64,000 nucleotides of DNA from Gemmatimonadota bacterium (GTDB lineage Bacteria; Gemmatimonadota; Gemmatimonadetes; Gemmatimonadales; GWC2-71-9), in contig JBDHDE010000003.1 in NCBI GenBank assembly GCA_039591655.1, positions 1 to 64,000 on the forward strand, read 5' to 3'. This document shows positions 8,837 through 18,527 of this stretch, piece by piece. Each line of letters starts with the position of its first letter. The stretch's first letter is position 1. The position numbers and the translations under genes are program-made. The notes below the pieces were generated by a model. That model ran no database searches. It saw only the letters and a program-made list of their open reading frames with translations, and was not told the origin of the DNA.

Positions 8837-9841
8837 TCAGGCAACGGCACAGCATTCCTCCGGCTCGCGGAACCCCGCCTCGGCGAGGGCCGCCCGGATC
8901 TCCGACCGGCCCTGCGGCTGGCCCACCGCGGCCACGACATACGCCGAGCGGCAGGTCCCGATGTCCGATGGGTGGATCACCGGCGCGTTGTGAATGGTCT
9001 GCCCGATCTTGCGGGGGTCGAGATCCACGAAGGCCACCACGTTCTCCTGGGCATCCCGGAGAGCCCGGGCGAAGGCCTTGCCCACCGGGCCGGCTCCCCA
9101 CACGACTACGGGCCGCCCGGCGATCCGCCGTTTCAGGAAGTGCACCTTACACCGCCGGAACGCTTCCTCGCTGTAGCGCTCATCCGTGCGCGAGAGCCGG
9201 TCGGGGCGCTCCCGCCACTCAAGTAAGACGTCGGGCACCTTCCCGAAGCGTCCGCCGGCCTCCCATAGGCGCAGCACTAGGTCGTAGTCCTCCGGCCAGC
9301 CCGCATCCCGGTAGCGGCCCGCCTGCTCGAAGGCGTCCCGTCGCACCACCAGGCTCGGGTGGGGGATCGGGCACTCCACGAAGAGGTCCCGCTCGATCTC
9401 GTCGGGGTGTACCACGCCGTTGATCCAGCGCTCGTAGCGCCGGGCGCCGTCGCGCACGAGAGGGCGGGGGATGTAGCGGATGCCGGTGCCGCACGCCACG
9501 AGGTCGGGGTTGGCTCCGAGGAAGACGACCTGCCGCTCCAAGCGTTCGGGCCGCGCAACGTCGTCGGCGTCCATGCGGGCGAGCAGCCTGCCCCGGGCGT
9601 GATCGGCCGCCGTGTTGAGTGCCGCGACGATCCCCTGGGGCGCTGTGCGATGAGGGCGTATGCGGTCGTCCCGCCGTGCCCATGCGCTCAACACCGCCCC
9701 GGTGCGGTCGTCCGAACCGTCGTCGACGGCGATGACCTCGAACTCCCGTAACGTCTGGGATGCCAGGGAGGCCAGTGTCTCGTCCAGGGTGGCCGCCGCG
9801 TTGCGGCAGGGAAGCAGGACTGAGAGGCGGGGTCGGGGCAC
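8837..9841 (-). CDS. Glycosyltransferase family 2 with C-terminal Rossmann-like domain
   Basis: SVLLPCRN, VDDGSDD, RMDADD, EDYDL; WGAGPVGK. Confidence 0.9.
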   Translation of the reverse strand: MPRPRLSVLLPCRNAAATLDETLASLASQTLREFEVIAVDDGSDDRTGAVLSAWARRDDRIRPHRTAPQGIVAALNTAADHARGRLLARMDADDVARPERLERQVVFLGANPDLVACGTGIRYIPRPLVRDGARRYERWINGVVHPDEIERDLFVECPIPHPSLVVRRDAFEQAGRYRDAGWPEDYDLVLRLWEAGGRFGKVPDVLLEWRERPDRLSRTDERYSEEAFRRCKVHFLKRRIAGRPVVVWGAGPVGKAFARALRDAQENVVAFVDLDPRKIGQTIHNAPVIHPSDIGTCRSAYVVAAVGQPQGRSEIRAALAEAGFREPEECCAVA

Positions 9842-9883
9842 GCTCCTTTGCTCAGCCGCTGAAGAGCTTCACCCGACGCATGG

Positions 9884-10264
9884 CTAGGTGGAGGCGGTGG
9901 CTCCCAGCACCAGGCCGCTCACGAAGGGGATCAACCAGAGCGTCCAGACCACGACGCTGATCCGGTGGAATGTGTGGATCGCCCGCTCATTGCGGGAGAC
10001 CAGCACCTGTGTCGCCCAGCCGGCGTGCGCGAGCATGAGGAAGAGAGCCGTAGCCCCGGTGATGTTGTGGAGGGTCAGCTCGAACCCTGGCGTGAGCCGC
10101 CGCATCAGCTCGGTACCGACCGCGTCGAACGCGAAGCCCAGCCAGAACATGACGGCGTGCCACGGCTTGAGGATGCCGCTGAGACGCTCACTCCACACCC
10201 CCACCGAGTAGAAGACGAGGGCCGCAATGATCAGCACGATGGACCATGCGATCATCGGCGTCAC
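9884..10264 (-). CDS. HsmA-family (TIGR03987-like) heme-associated membrane protein
   Basis: Four TM helices; FYSVGVWSE..LKPWH, FDAVGTELM, HNITG, LMLAHAGWA, FHRIS..VW.LWLIPF. Confidence 0.75.
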   Translation of the reverse strand: MTPMIAWSIVLIIAALVFYSVGVWSERLSGILKPWHAVMFWLGFAFDAVGTELMRRLTPGFELTLHNITGATALFLMLAHAGWATQVLVSRNERAIHTFHRISVVVWTLWLIPFVSGLVLGATAST

Positions 10265-10819
10265 CTAGGCGCCGACCTCTGTTGCGAGCCTCTCCGCCAG
10301 AGCGTGGTAGCGCTCGTGCACACCCTCTCCACTCCGCTCGCGCTCCACCCGCTCGAAGTCTAGCAGCATCCGCTCGTGGCCGCCCCGGGGAATCAGCTGC
10401 TCCGCCATCGGAAACAGCACGTTGTCCTCCTTGGCGATGTGCTGGCGTAACAGGGCCACATACCCTTGGGCGTTGCGTACCACGTCGGAGCGGGCAGCGG
10501 CGTCGCCGCCCTCCAGGCGTTCGGCCGCCTCGCGCATGGCCCGGGTGTAGCTGCGCCCCTCTTCGTGCTCCGCTAGCATCACGCCGATGGGCCCTGCCTC
10601 GGTGGGCATGCCCAGGGCGGCCAGCGCCTCGAACAGGACCCCCTCCTCCTTGTGGTGATGGCAGCCGTCGGCGAAGCTGCTGATGAAATCGGCGGCTTCC
10701 AGGAAGAAGCCGGGCCGCACGGCGTCCCCCCGGTCCAGTGCGTGCGCCGCCGTCTCCAGCGCCTCCAGCACGCGCTCGATCACCCGGTGCTCGTCCATGA
10801 GGATCTTCGTCGCTCTCAT
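10265..10819 (-). CDS. Hemerythrin (HHE) domain protein
   Basis: LMDEHRVI, HHHKEEGVLF, MLAEHEEGR, HIAKEDNVLFP. Confidence 0.9.
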   Translation of the reverse strand: MRATKILMDEHRVIERVLEALETAAHALDRGDAVRPGFFLEAADFISSFADGCHHHKEEGVLFEALAALGMPTEAGPIGVMLAEHEEGRSYTRAMREAAERLEGGDAAARSDVVRNAQGYVALLRQHIAKEDNVLFPMAEQLIPRGGHERMLLDFERVERERSGEGVHERYHALAERLATEVGA

Positions 10820-10894
10820 CGTCGTTCTACCCTTTCGAGTCCGGTGTCCACGTGGTCCCGGGCGCATGGCTCAGGCGCGGCCGCAGACAGTCGG

Positions 10895-11713
10895 CTACCC
10901 CCTGCGGCGGAACAGCACCCACCCGGCGAGCCCCGGCAGCGCTACCCACCCCACGAGGGAGAGCGCCGCCAACGCGGCGGTGCCGCCCGCCCCGAACCGC
11001 TCGATGATCTTCGCGCCCACCGGACCGAGCAGCGAGAGGTCGGCGTCGAGGGCGCTCACCACGCCCATGCGGAAGGCCTCGACGGGGTTCAGGAAGCTCC
11101 AGGTCACGAGGAGCTGCTCCGGGAGCCCCCACCGGATGAACGCCAACATGACGCCCAGCGTCCCCAGGGCCACGAGAACGAGCCACACGAGGATGCCCAG
11201 CGTCATGGCCCGGGCGCGGGAGCTGGTGACGGTGGAGAAGCACAGTCCCAGGGCCACAAACACCAGGGCAAGGAGCGCCACGAAGGCGTAGAGCACGACG
11301 ACCAGCCCGGGGGGTACGCCACGCAGCACCGCTACGGCTCCCGCCACCCCGAAGCCCACGGTGAGAGACAGCAGGATGGCGACGCTCACGCCGCCGAGCT
11401 TCCCGGTATAGACCTCGCCGAACGTGACCGGCTGGGCGAGAATGTACTCCAGCGCGCCGCTCTCCCGGTCCTCGGCGATGGATGCTGCCGCGGGGAACAG
11501 CGCGAGGAGCGGCACGAACAGCAGCGCTAGATGGACCAGTCCGGTGAACGCCTTGGCGAACCCGCGGTAGCCGTAGATCGTGGTGTCGGCCAGCCCGAAG
11601 GTGACCAGCAGTAGGCCGCCTGCCAGAAACACCGCCGAGTAGGCGAGGAACCAGCGTGCGCGCAGCGCGCCCGCGAGCTCCCGCTGCACGAAGAGCGCTG
11701 CGCGGGCGATCAT
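10895..11713 (-). CDS. nosY: NosY ABC permease
   Basis: EDRESGALEYILAQP, NPVEAFR, multi-TM; ATGA overlap with nosF. Confidence 0.88.
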   Translation of the reverse strand: MIARAALFVQRELAGALRARWFLAYSAVFLAGGLLLVTFGLADTTIYGYRGFAKAFTGLVHLALLFVPLLALFPAAASIAEDRESGALEYILAQPVTFGEVYTGKLGGVSVAILLSLTVGFGVAGAVAVLRGVPPGLVVVLYAFVALLALVFVALGLCFSTVTSSRARAMTLGILVWLVLVALGTLGVMLAFIRWGLPEQLLVTWSFLNPVEAFRMGVVSALDADLSLLGPVGAKIIERFGAGGTAALAALSLVGWVALPGLAGWVLFRRRG

Positions 11714-12654
11714 GGAGCCTCCCCCTCCGCGGCCTCGAGTCCCAGCACCCCCTCCAGGAGTTGGTGCAGCGACGGGGTCTCGGTCCAGAAATCCTCCACG
11801 GGGATCCCGGCGCGCTTGAGCTCCAGCAGCACGTCGACCCGCGCAGTGTGCTCCGCTTGTACGCCCAGAGCCGTGCCGTTGGCCAGCACGGTGGAGAGCT
11901 CGATGGTGGTTTGGAGCTGCTGCCGCGCGCGGTCGCGCATCGCGGGCGGGACCTTGATCCACAAGGTCACCGCGTCCTCCACCCGCTCCCTGAGCTCCTG
12001 CATCCGGCCGTCGAACGCGATGCTGCCGCGGTGCAGCACCAGCAGGCGATCCGCTACTGCCTCCACGTCGGCGAAGCGGTGCGAAGCCAGCAGGATGGTG
12101 GTTCCATCGTTCACCTGCTGGAGGGAGCGCAGGAACTCCCGCCGGGCCTTGGCGTCGAGGTTGGCCGTGGGCTCATCGAGCAGGAGCAACGGTACCTCGG
12201 CCCCGAGGGCCAGGGCCAGGAGCGCCTTTTGTAGCATGCCACCGGAGAGAGTGCGCACCGCCTTCTCGCCGTGCTCCGACAAGGGGAGATCCAGCGCCTC
12301 GAGACGTGCCTCGACCGCCTCGGGAGCCGTTCCCCTCAGGCGCGTGAAGAAGTCGATGACCTCCCCCAGCGTGCCGTCGAAGGACGGGGCGCGCTGAGGC
12401 ACGTACCCCAGCCGGCTGCGGGCCTCCCTGCCGCCCCCGTGCACGTCCCGGTCAGCCACGCGCAGTGCGCCCTCGAAGGGCACGAGCCCCAGGAGGCAGC
12501 GCATGAAGGTGGTCTTCCCGGCGCCATTCAAGCCGAGCAAGGCCACGCGCTCCCCTTGGGCCACCTCCAGATCGAGGTGGTCGAGGATCGTGTGGCTCCC
12601 GAAGCGCTTGGTCAGCCCGACGGCGTGAATCACCGGCGTTGCCTCTGGGCGCAT
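11710..12654 (-). CDS. nosF: NosF ABC ATPase
   Basis: GLNGAGKTT, LSGGM, LLLDEPT; lies between nosD and nosY. Confidence 0.9.
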   Translation of the reverse strand: MRPEATPVIHAVGLTKRFGSHTILDHLDLEVAQGERVALLGLNGAGKTTFMRCLLGLVPFEGALRVADRDVHGGGREARSRLGYVPQRAPSFDGTLGEVIDFFTRLRGTAPEAVEARLEALDLPLSEHGEKAVRTLSGGMLQKALLALALGAEVPLLLLDEPTANLDAKARREFLRSLQQVNDGTTILLASHRFADVEAVADRLLVLHRGSIAFDGRMQELRERVEDAVTLWIKVPPAMRDRARQQLQTTIELSTVLANGTALGVQAEHTARVDVLLELKRAGIPVEDFWTETPSLHQLLEGVLGLEAAEGEAP

Positions 12655-12682
12655 GGCAACCGGGCCGTTTCGCGCCTCCCGA

Positions 12683-14029
12683 TCACCGCGACCTCCTCAA
12701 GGGCTGCCGGAAACGCGGCACGATTGCCGCCGCCATCACCGCGACTGCAAGGAACACCACCGCCGTGCCGGGCCTTCCCCTTCCTCCTTCCCCCAATCCG
12801 GCGTCCATCGCCCGCTCGGTACGTGGAGCCGAGTCGGCTACTATCGGCTCGGGAGAGAGCAGCGGAAACACCCGGCTCAGCGTGTTCAGCGCCGTGACCC
12901 CCAGGCTCAGGTTGAATACCTGCAGCGCCTCGTGCTTGGCCATCAGGTCGTCCGAAAGGCGCTCGAACACGAACGGCGTGTCGCCGTGCCCGTCGCCGTC
13001 GGCATCGAACCCGGCGTACTCGGACCAGTAGTTGTCGTGCCAGCGGTTCTTGGTCGCCGTGCCGCCGCCCGACACGCCCACCGGCTGAACGTTGTCGATG
13101 AAGTGGTTGCCCTCGAACCGGTTCGAGTGCACCGACGGCAACAGCCACACCCCGATGTCGTTGTACGCGATCACGTTGTTGTGAAACTGGTTCTCCACCC
13201 CCACGCTGGTGGGTGAGTTGTCGATGGAGATCCCGATGGTGTTCTTCACCAGCACGTTGCCCTCGGCGGTGATCCGATCGGCGTCCTTGAACCCCAATCC
13301 GCGGGCGGCGGTCCCCCGAGCGTCGGCGAACACGTTGCGGCGGAACGTGATGTCATCGGAGTACATGATGAACGCACCGATGTGATTCGCGATGAACGCG
13401 TTCTCCTCGAACAGATTGCGGTCGGAGTACATGTAGTGCAGCCCGTAGCGGCTTTCACTCACCCGGTTGCCGCGTACCACGGTGCCGTTGGAGAACCAGA
13501 TCACCACGTCCCGGACGCGGTGCAGCGTGTTGTCCTCGATGCGCCCGTCGTGGCTGTACCACAGCCGGATCCCGTCGCCCCGCAGGGGAAGGGCCAGGTT
13601 CTTTCCCTCGATCTCGTTGCGCCGGATCAGGGCGGCGTGGCTCTGCTTGAGGTAGACACCGAACAGCACGTCCTCCAGCCGGTTGGCCTCGATCACCAGA
13701 CCGTCGGCCCGGGACGCGAGGATGCCGGCGTGCTCCCGGGACTGATCGGAGCCCGAACCGCGGATGGTGAACCCGCGCACGACGGCGGGCGCGTTGATGG
13801 TGAGCACGATGCCGCGGCGGTCCCCGTCGATCACCGCCCCAGGCTCGCCAAGCAACACGACCGGCTGAGCCACCACAGGATGCTCGTGGTACACGCCGGC
13901 CGCGACCCGGATGGTGTCGCCCGGTCGTGCTGCCGCTAGGGCCTCCCGGATCGAGGCGTAATGCCCGCCCGGCCCCACGGTGAGCTGCGCAGCCTGAAGG
14001 GCCAGCGCGAGGGCCGCGGTTGTGATCAC
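12683..14029 (-). CDS. nosD: NosD periplasmic beta-helix maturation protein
   Basis: RGDGIRLWYS, SRYGLHYMYS, NYWSEYAGFDADGDGHGDTP; GTGA overlap with nosB. Confidence 0.92.
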   Translation of the reverse strand: MITTAALALALQAAQLTVGPGGHYASIREALAAARPGDTIRVAAGVYHEHPVVAQPVVLLGEPGAVIDGDRRGIVLTINAPAVVRGFTIRGSGSDQSREHAGILASRADGLVIEANRLEDVLFGVYLKQSHAALIRRNEIEGKNLALPLRGDGIRLWYSHDGRIEDNTLHRVRDVVIWFSNGTVVRGNRVSESRYGLHYMYSDRNLFEENAFIANHIGAFIMYSDDITFRRNVFADARGTAARGLGFKDADRITAEGNVLVKNTIGISIDNSPTSVGVENQFHNNVIAYNDIGVWLLPSVHSNRFEGNHFIDNVQPVGVSGGGTATKNRWHDNYWSEYAGFDADGDGHGDTPFVFERLSDDLMAKHEALQVFNLSLGVTALNTLSRVFPLLSPEPIVADSAPRTERAMDAGLGEGGRGRPGTAVVFLAVAVMAAAIVPRFRQPLRRSR

Positions 14030-14631
14030 GCCTGCCCGGCGTCCTTCTGGCGGCGCCACTCCAGCAGCACGATCGCAGGGCCCATGAGCCCAGCGAGGCC
14101 CATGAGGATGGCGCCGGCAGCCGGCCAGCTCGAGACGGCGAACTGTCCCACTTGGGTGGTCCCGATGAAGGCCGGTGTGAACGGCTCGATGTTCAGGGGC
14201 GCGTTGGGAGCGAGGTTGTGGCCGTACTCGAACAGCCAGTGCTGCAGGGTGTAGAGCATCACCGCCCCGAACACCACGAAGTCGATCCATCCGATGGCGG
14301 CGACGGCCATCCAGCCGACCACTACCGTGAGCAGGGCGTACAGGAGAAACCGCAGGATGAAGAAGGGGATGAAGCGGAACTCCGGGAACTCGTCCGCCTC
14401 GATCTCCTTCATCCCGATATAGTGGTTGAGGATGTTCACCTCGCGCACGTCCCCCGCCACCGTGGTCGGGTAGATCTGCATCTGCAGCCCGTTGGGGTAC
14501 TGCGGCGCTCGCAGCTCGATGGTCCACGTCGGCAGGAATATGCACGGCAGCAGCGCCAGCGTGGCCAGCACCATGAGCGCGCGGCTCGTGCGTGAGAGCC
14601 CGCCCTGGAAGAAAGCCGTCAGCCTATCCAT
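14026..14631 (-). CDS. nosB: NosB-like membrane protein of clade II nos clusters
   Basis: PTWTIELRAPQYPNGL, NILNHYIGMK, WLFEYGHNL; directly after nosZ. Confidence 0.85.
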   Translation of the reverse strand: MDRLTAFFQGGLSRTSRALMVLATLALLPCIFLPTWTIELRAPQYPNGLQMQIYPTTVAGDVREVNILNHYIGMKEIEADEFPEFRFIPFFILRFLLYALLTVVVGWMAVAAIGWIDFVVFGAVMLYTLQHWLFEYGHNLAPNAPLNIEPFTPAFIGTTQVGQFAVSSWPAAGAILMGLAGLMGPAIVLLEWRRQKDAGQA

Positions 14632-14670
14632 AGAGAACGTCGTTCCGGCTAGTGGGTTGTCGTTTGCCTC

Positions 14671-14712
14671 GGGGGGTCTCCCCCCCCGCCCACCGGCGAC
14701 GGGGGAGGGCCC
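14671..14712 (-). terminator. GC hairpin between nosZ and nosB (partial terminator or mRNA stabiliser)
   Basis: Minus strand CTCCCCCGTCGCCGGTGGGCGGGGGGG stem-loop; no clear U-tract. Confidence 0.35.
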
Positions 14713-14725
14713 TTGTCCTGCCAAA

Positions 14726-16687
14726 CTACCCGCGAGGCTCGACCAGCAGGTAGCCCATCATCTCGAGGTGCAGAGCGGAGCAGAACTCGGTGCAGTAGAA
14801 CGGGAAGACTCCCGCCTTATCCGCCACGAACTCGACGGTCTGAGCCTCACCGGGCTCGATGCTCAGGTTGATGTTGTACTTCGCAATGCCCAAGCCGTGG
14901 GTCGCGTCGTGCGCCTGCTCGATGTTGGTGATATGAATGACCACCCGGTCGCCCTGCCGCACCCGGATGTACTCCGGCGTGAAGTGGCTCCGGATCGCTG
15001 TCATCTGCACGGTGACAGTGTTGCCCCTACGGGTTACGCCCTCCTGCCCCGCCAGCACGGCGTCGCTCGACGGGGACATCGTACCGGGGCTCCACCCGAC
15101 CTCGGGGTACACGCGGAACGGCTCGAGTTTATCGGCCTTGATGATCTGGGCGTAGTGGGGCTCCCCGATGCCGATGGGCATGTCGTAGATCAGCTGCATC
15201 TCATCGCCATCGATGTCGACGAGCTGGAAGTTCTGGGGCAGCAGCGGCCCGACGTCGTTGAACCGGTCCAGGGACCATTTGTTCATTGCCACCAGGTACT
15301 TGCCATCCGGCGACTTGGTGTCGCCCTCGGCCGCCGCCACGTGACCCACGTTGTAGTGCACACTCAGGTCGTCCACGACCTCGAGCGGGTCGAGGCACCA
15401 CTTGGTGACCTTGGTGTCGAGGAAGATCGAGGTGTAGGCGCAGCCCTCGTCGTCGAACTGCGTGTGCAATGGGCCCAGGCCGACCTCGAGCTGCCCGTCT
15501 ATGACCGAGGCGAAGTCGAGGATCGGCACTCCGTACGGATCGTTGCCCGCGAACGAGCCGGCGTCGATCGCCTGCTTCATCTTCTCCCACGAGTAGAGCG
15601 TCACGTGCGGATCCAGCTTGCCCGACACGACGATGGTCCCGCCGTCGGGGGTGACGTCGGCCCCGTGGGGGCTCTTGGGCTCGGGCACGAGGTAGAGAAG
15701 CCCCTGCTCGATCGCGACGTCGATCGGGATGATCCTGCGCCCGTTGCGGGTGCGGGTCATGCCGCGCGTAGCGGCGACCTCAGCCGCCTTCTCCCAGTTG
15801 AGGACGTGGAGGTAGTCCATGTCGTTCTGGGACGCGCCGCTCTCGAATGGAGGATTGCCGTCCTCCACGCCGCCGGTGGCCATCTCGCTGTTGAACGAGT
15901 TGAGGAACGCCCAGCCGAACGACGGGCCCTTGCCCGCGTCGGACAGGTCATGCCAGTAGGGCGGCAGCTCGATGGAGAAGCTGGCCGACTCGTCGATGCG
16001 CCCGCTCTCCCGGTCGAACTTCCATAGGGTCACGAGACCGCGGTAGTCCTCTTCGTAACGGTCTGTGTCGGCGTAGTCCGTCCACAGGGGGATCGAGTAC
16101 TGCGCCGCCTCGATGACGTACTCTGTGTTGGGAGTGACGAAGGCCCCGCCGTGGTTGGTGCCCATGTTCTCGTTCGTCACGATCTGCTTGGTCTCGAAGT
16201 CACGTAGGTCGATGACGGCGATGCGCGGGTTGGCCTTGTCGTTGATGAACAGGAACTCGCCATCGTAGTCGCCGTCCGTTTCGGACAGCGCAGGGTGGTG
16301 GCTGTCACCCCAGGAGATGTCGTGGCCCGCCATGCCGGCGTTCGCGAGCATCTCCCTGTGCTCCTCGGAGCCGTACCCGAACCCCTGCCACGGCTCCGGC
16401 GTGAAGGCTGCGATGACCTTGAGCAGCCGCATCGACGGGACCCCGATCACCAGGACCTGCCCGGAGTGGCCGCCCGAGCCGAACATGATGTACTCGTCGA
16501 ACTGCCCCGTCGGCTGGTACGTCTTGACGGCGGCGACGACGTCGGCCTCGGTGAGACCACGCTCGCGGGCGATCGCGCCCACGTCGGCGGTCCCACCCGG
16601 GCCGGCGCAGGATCCGAGTCCTGCCACGACGATCACCGCGGCAGCGGCGATGAGGCCGAGCGCCCACTTGAGACCCTTCATGCGCAT
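14726..16687 (-). CDS. nosZ: Nitrous oxide reductase, clade II (Sec/lipoprotein-type signal)
   Basis: SGGHSGQ; CuZ His motifs DSHH, NHG, SPHG, GPLH, VGH, EPH; CuA FYCTEFCSALHLEM; no twin-arginine motif; lipobox-like LGSC. Confidence 0.97.
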   Translation of the reverse strand: MRMKGLKWALGLIAAAAVIVVAGLGSCAGPGGTADVGAIARERGLTEADVVAAVKTYQPTGQFDEYIMFGSGGHSGQVLVIGVPSMRLLKVIAAFTPEPWQGFGYGSEEHREMLANAGMAGHDISWGDSHHPALSETDGDYDGEFLFINDKANPRIAVIDLRDFETKQIVTNENMGTNHGGAFVTPNTEYVIEAAQYSIPLWTDYADTDRYEEDYRGLVTLWKFDRESGRIDESASFSIELPPYWHDLSDAGKGPSFGWAFLNSFNSEMATGGVEDGNPPFESGASQNDMDYLHVLNWEKAAEVAATRGMTRTRNGRRIIPIDVAIEQGLLYLVPEPKSPHGADVTPDGGTIVVSGKLDPHVTLYSWEKMKQAIDAGSFAGNDPYGVPILDFASVIDGQLEVGLGPLHTQFDDEGCAYTSIFLDTKVTKWCLDPLEVVDDLSVHYNVGHVAAAEGDTKSPDGKYLVAMNKWSLDRFNDVGPLLPQNFQLVDIDGDEMQLIYDMPIGIGEPHYAQIIKADKLEPFRVYPEVGWSPGTMSPSSDAVLAGQEGVTRRGNTVTVQMTAIRSHFTPEYIRVRQGDRVVIHITNIEQAHDATHGLGIAKYNINLSIEPGEAQTVEFVADKAGVFPFYCTEFCSALHLEMMGYLLVEPRG

Positions 16688-16794
16688 ACGGTTACCCCCG
16701 GGAACGTAAGTGAATATGGCAGATACGATTAGGTCAGAGCAGCTCAGGCGGGTAGGAGGGCCCGCTCTGCGCTGGCGTCCGAGTTCTTGCCTGC

Positions 16795-16823
16795 TTGCCT
16801 CAAAGATAATGCGATATTATCAT
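16795..16823 (+). promoter_or_regulatory. Promoter of the Rrf2 gene with inverted repeat in the spacer
   Basis: TTGCCT-N17-TATCAT with GATAAT-N5-ATTATC at 16805-16821. Confidence 0.6.
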
Positions 16824-16887
16824 GAAGTTGTCGTGAATTTAGCTGTAGGTCCCACGCCCGCAAGCCCCCAGACCTGGAGCCGCACTG

Positions 16888-17331
16888 GTGCTGTCGGGAA
16901 CGGCTGAGTACGCCCTCCGGGCGGTGGTGTGCCTTGCGCGGCGGCCGGGGGGCGGCCCGGTGCGGGCCAGCGACCTTGCGGGTGCGGTGGACGTGCCGCG
17001 GAACTACCTGGGGAAGATCCTCCATGACCTGGTGCGGGCCGGCATCCTCAAGTCGACCAGGGGCAAGCACGGCGGCTTCCAGCTGGCGGTGCCGGCTCAT
17101 CAACTGCCGCTGATCAGGGTGGTCGGGCTGTTCGACGAGATCGGTAGGGAGCAGCGGCGCTGTCTGCTCGGGCGGCCCGAGTGCTCTGACGGGGATCCCT
17201 GTCCGGTGCACAGCCGGTGGAAGGAATGCGCCGACCAGGTGCAGCGCTTCTTCGGTGAGACTACGGTGGGTGATGTACTGGACGGGGGTCGTCTGGGCAG
17301 CGGCGACCCGGCCCCGGGGCCCTGTGACTAG
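16888..17331 (+). CDS. Rrf2-family transcriptional regulator (Fe-S Cys motif)
   Basis: LSGTAEYALRA, YLGKILHDL, STRGKHGGFQL, CLLGRPECSDGDPCPVH. Confidence 0.92.
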   Translation: MLSGTAEYALRAVVCLARRPGGGPVRASDLAGAVDVPRNYLGKILHDLVRAGILKSTRGKHGGFQLAVPAHQLPLIRVVGLFDEIGREQRRCLLGRPECSDGDPCPVHSRWKECADQVQRFFGETTVGDVLDGGRLGSGDPAPGPCD

Positions 17332-17473
17332 CACTGCGCTGGTGGCGGCGGGCTCCTCCCGCCGGGGCCGGAGCGCCGGTTTCTCAGCAGCACCAAACAG
17401 ATGGGGCCCGACCCTGGCGCCGTGACAACGGCCAGCGCCGGGGCGGGCCCTTCATCCTGCCAACGCTGCCGCG

Positions 17474-17911
17474 CTACTGCCGCAAGTACTCGTACATGGC
17501 CCGGGCTTCCTGGCTCGTGACGCCCATGTTCACCATCGGGGTCATGTACTCCGCTAGGAGCTCCTTGGCCGCATCGTCGTTCTGGAGCATCGAGTCCGGC
17601 CGGACGATCATGGCGATGACCCAGTCGAACTGGCGGCGCTCGGTCACCCCCTGGAGGTCGGGACCCGTAAGGCGACCCTCTCCGATGGTATGGCAGCCCA
17701 CGCAGCCCTTGGACTGGAAGTAGCCCTCTCCCTCGCTCGCGAGGGCGGCGTCCACCGGCCCGGTGGGAGCCTCCATCGACATCGGCTCGGCAGCCTCCTC
17801 CATCGCCGGCTGCTCGCCCGCCATCGCGGCCTCGTCGGCCGGGGCACCCTCTCCGCCGCAACCGGCGGCCAACACCAACAGCAGCAGAAACGCGCTATGT
17901 CTGACCTTCAT
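17474..17911 (-). CDS. Monoheme cytochrome c lipoprotein
   Basis: Lipobox LAAGC, acidic linker, CVGCH, GPDL, distal Met region MTPMVNM. Confidence 0.9.
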   Translation of the reverse strand: MKVRHSAFLLLLVLAAGCGGEGAPADEAAMAGEQPAMEEAAEPMSMEAPTGPVDAALASEGEGYFQSKGCVGCHTIGEGRLTGPDLQGVTERRQFDWVIAMIVRPDSMLQNDDAAKELLAEYMTPMVNMGVTSQEARAMYEYLRQ

Positions 17912-18123
17912 GGTTGCTTTTCACTCCTAGATGGTTGTGTTGGACTCTCACGATGGTATCGCACGTCCGCGGTGCGCCGACCCTGCGCCACGCCGGGAGT
18001 GCAACACAGGGAAGAAACTATCTGACGGTACCGGAGGAAGGGAGGGGGGCAGGGATGGCCCCGGCCCCCTTGGAGAATCGGCGTATCAGGCAGTGCCGCA
18101 GGCTGCGGCGCAGGCGCTGGCCG

Positions 18124-18510
18124 CTACTCCCGGCGCAGGCTCCAGACGTACGCAGCCACTGCCTCGAGTTGGCTGTCCGACAGCCCGCTGCCCCCCCTGG
18201 GCGGCATGACGGACCCGGTCGACGACTTGTCCGCTGTCACTCCCTTCGTGATGCTGTGCAGGATGCCCTTGAGGGAGCCGTCGCTGTGCTGCCACTCGTC
18301 GTCGGTCAGATCGGCCCCCAGGTTGGGCATGCCCTCGGCGTTCTGTGCGTGGCATACGGCGCAGACCCCCGCGCCTTTGAACAGGGACTCCCCTTCGGCG
18401 ATCATCTCCTGGGTGACCCCCTCCGGGAGCTCCTCCTGAGCGAGGACCGCCGGCGCGGCGACGAGCAGCGCTGCCCATGCCAGGGCCAGTCCACAGAACC
18501 GGTGCCGCAT
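18124..18510 (-). CDS. Periplasmic monoheme cytochrome c
   Basis: Signal peptide, CAVCH, GADLTDDEW, MPPRGG; GGAGG 7 nt upstream of ATG. Confidence 0.9.
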   Translation of the reverse strand: MRHRFCGLALAWAALLVAAPAVLAQEELPEGVTQEMIAEGESLFKGAGVCAVCHAQNAEGMPNLGADLTDDEWQHSDGSLKGILHSITKGVTADKSSTGSVMPPRGGSGLSDSQLEAVAAYVWSLRRE

Positions 18511-18527
18511 GTGCATTCCTCCAGGTA

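Noticed and set aside
16805..16821. Canonical Fur box
   Set aside because: Half-sites match GATAAT, but the 5-nt spacing fits neither the 7-1-7 nor the 9-1-9 arrangement
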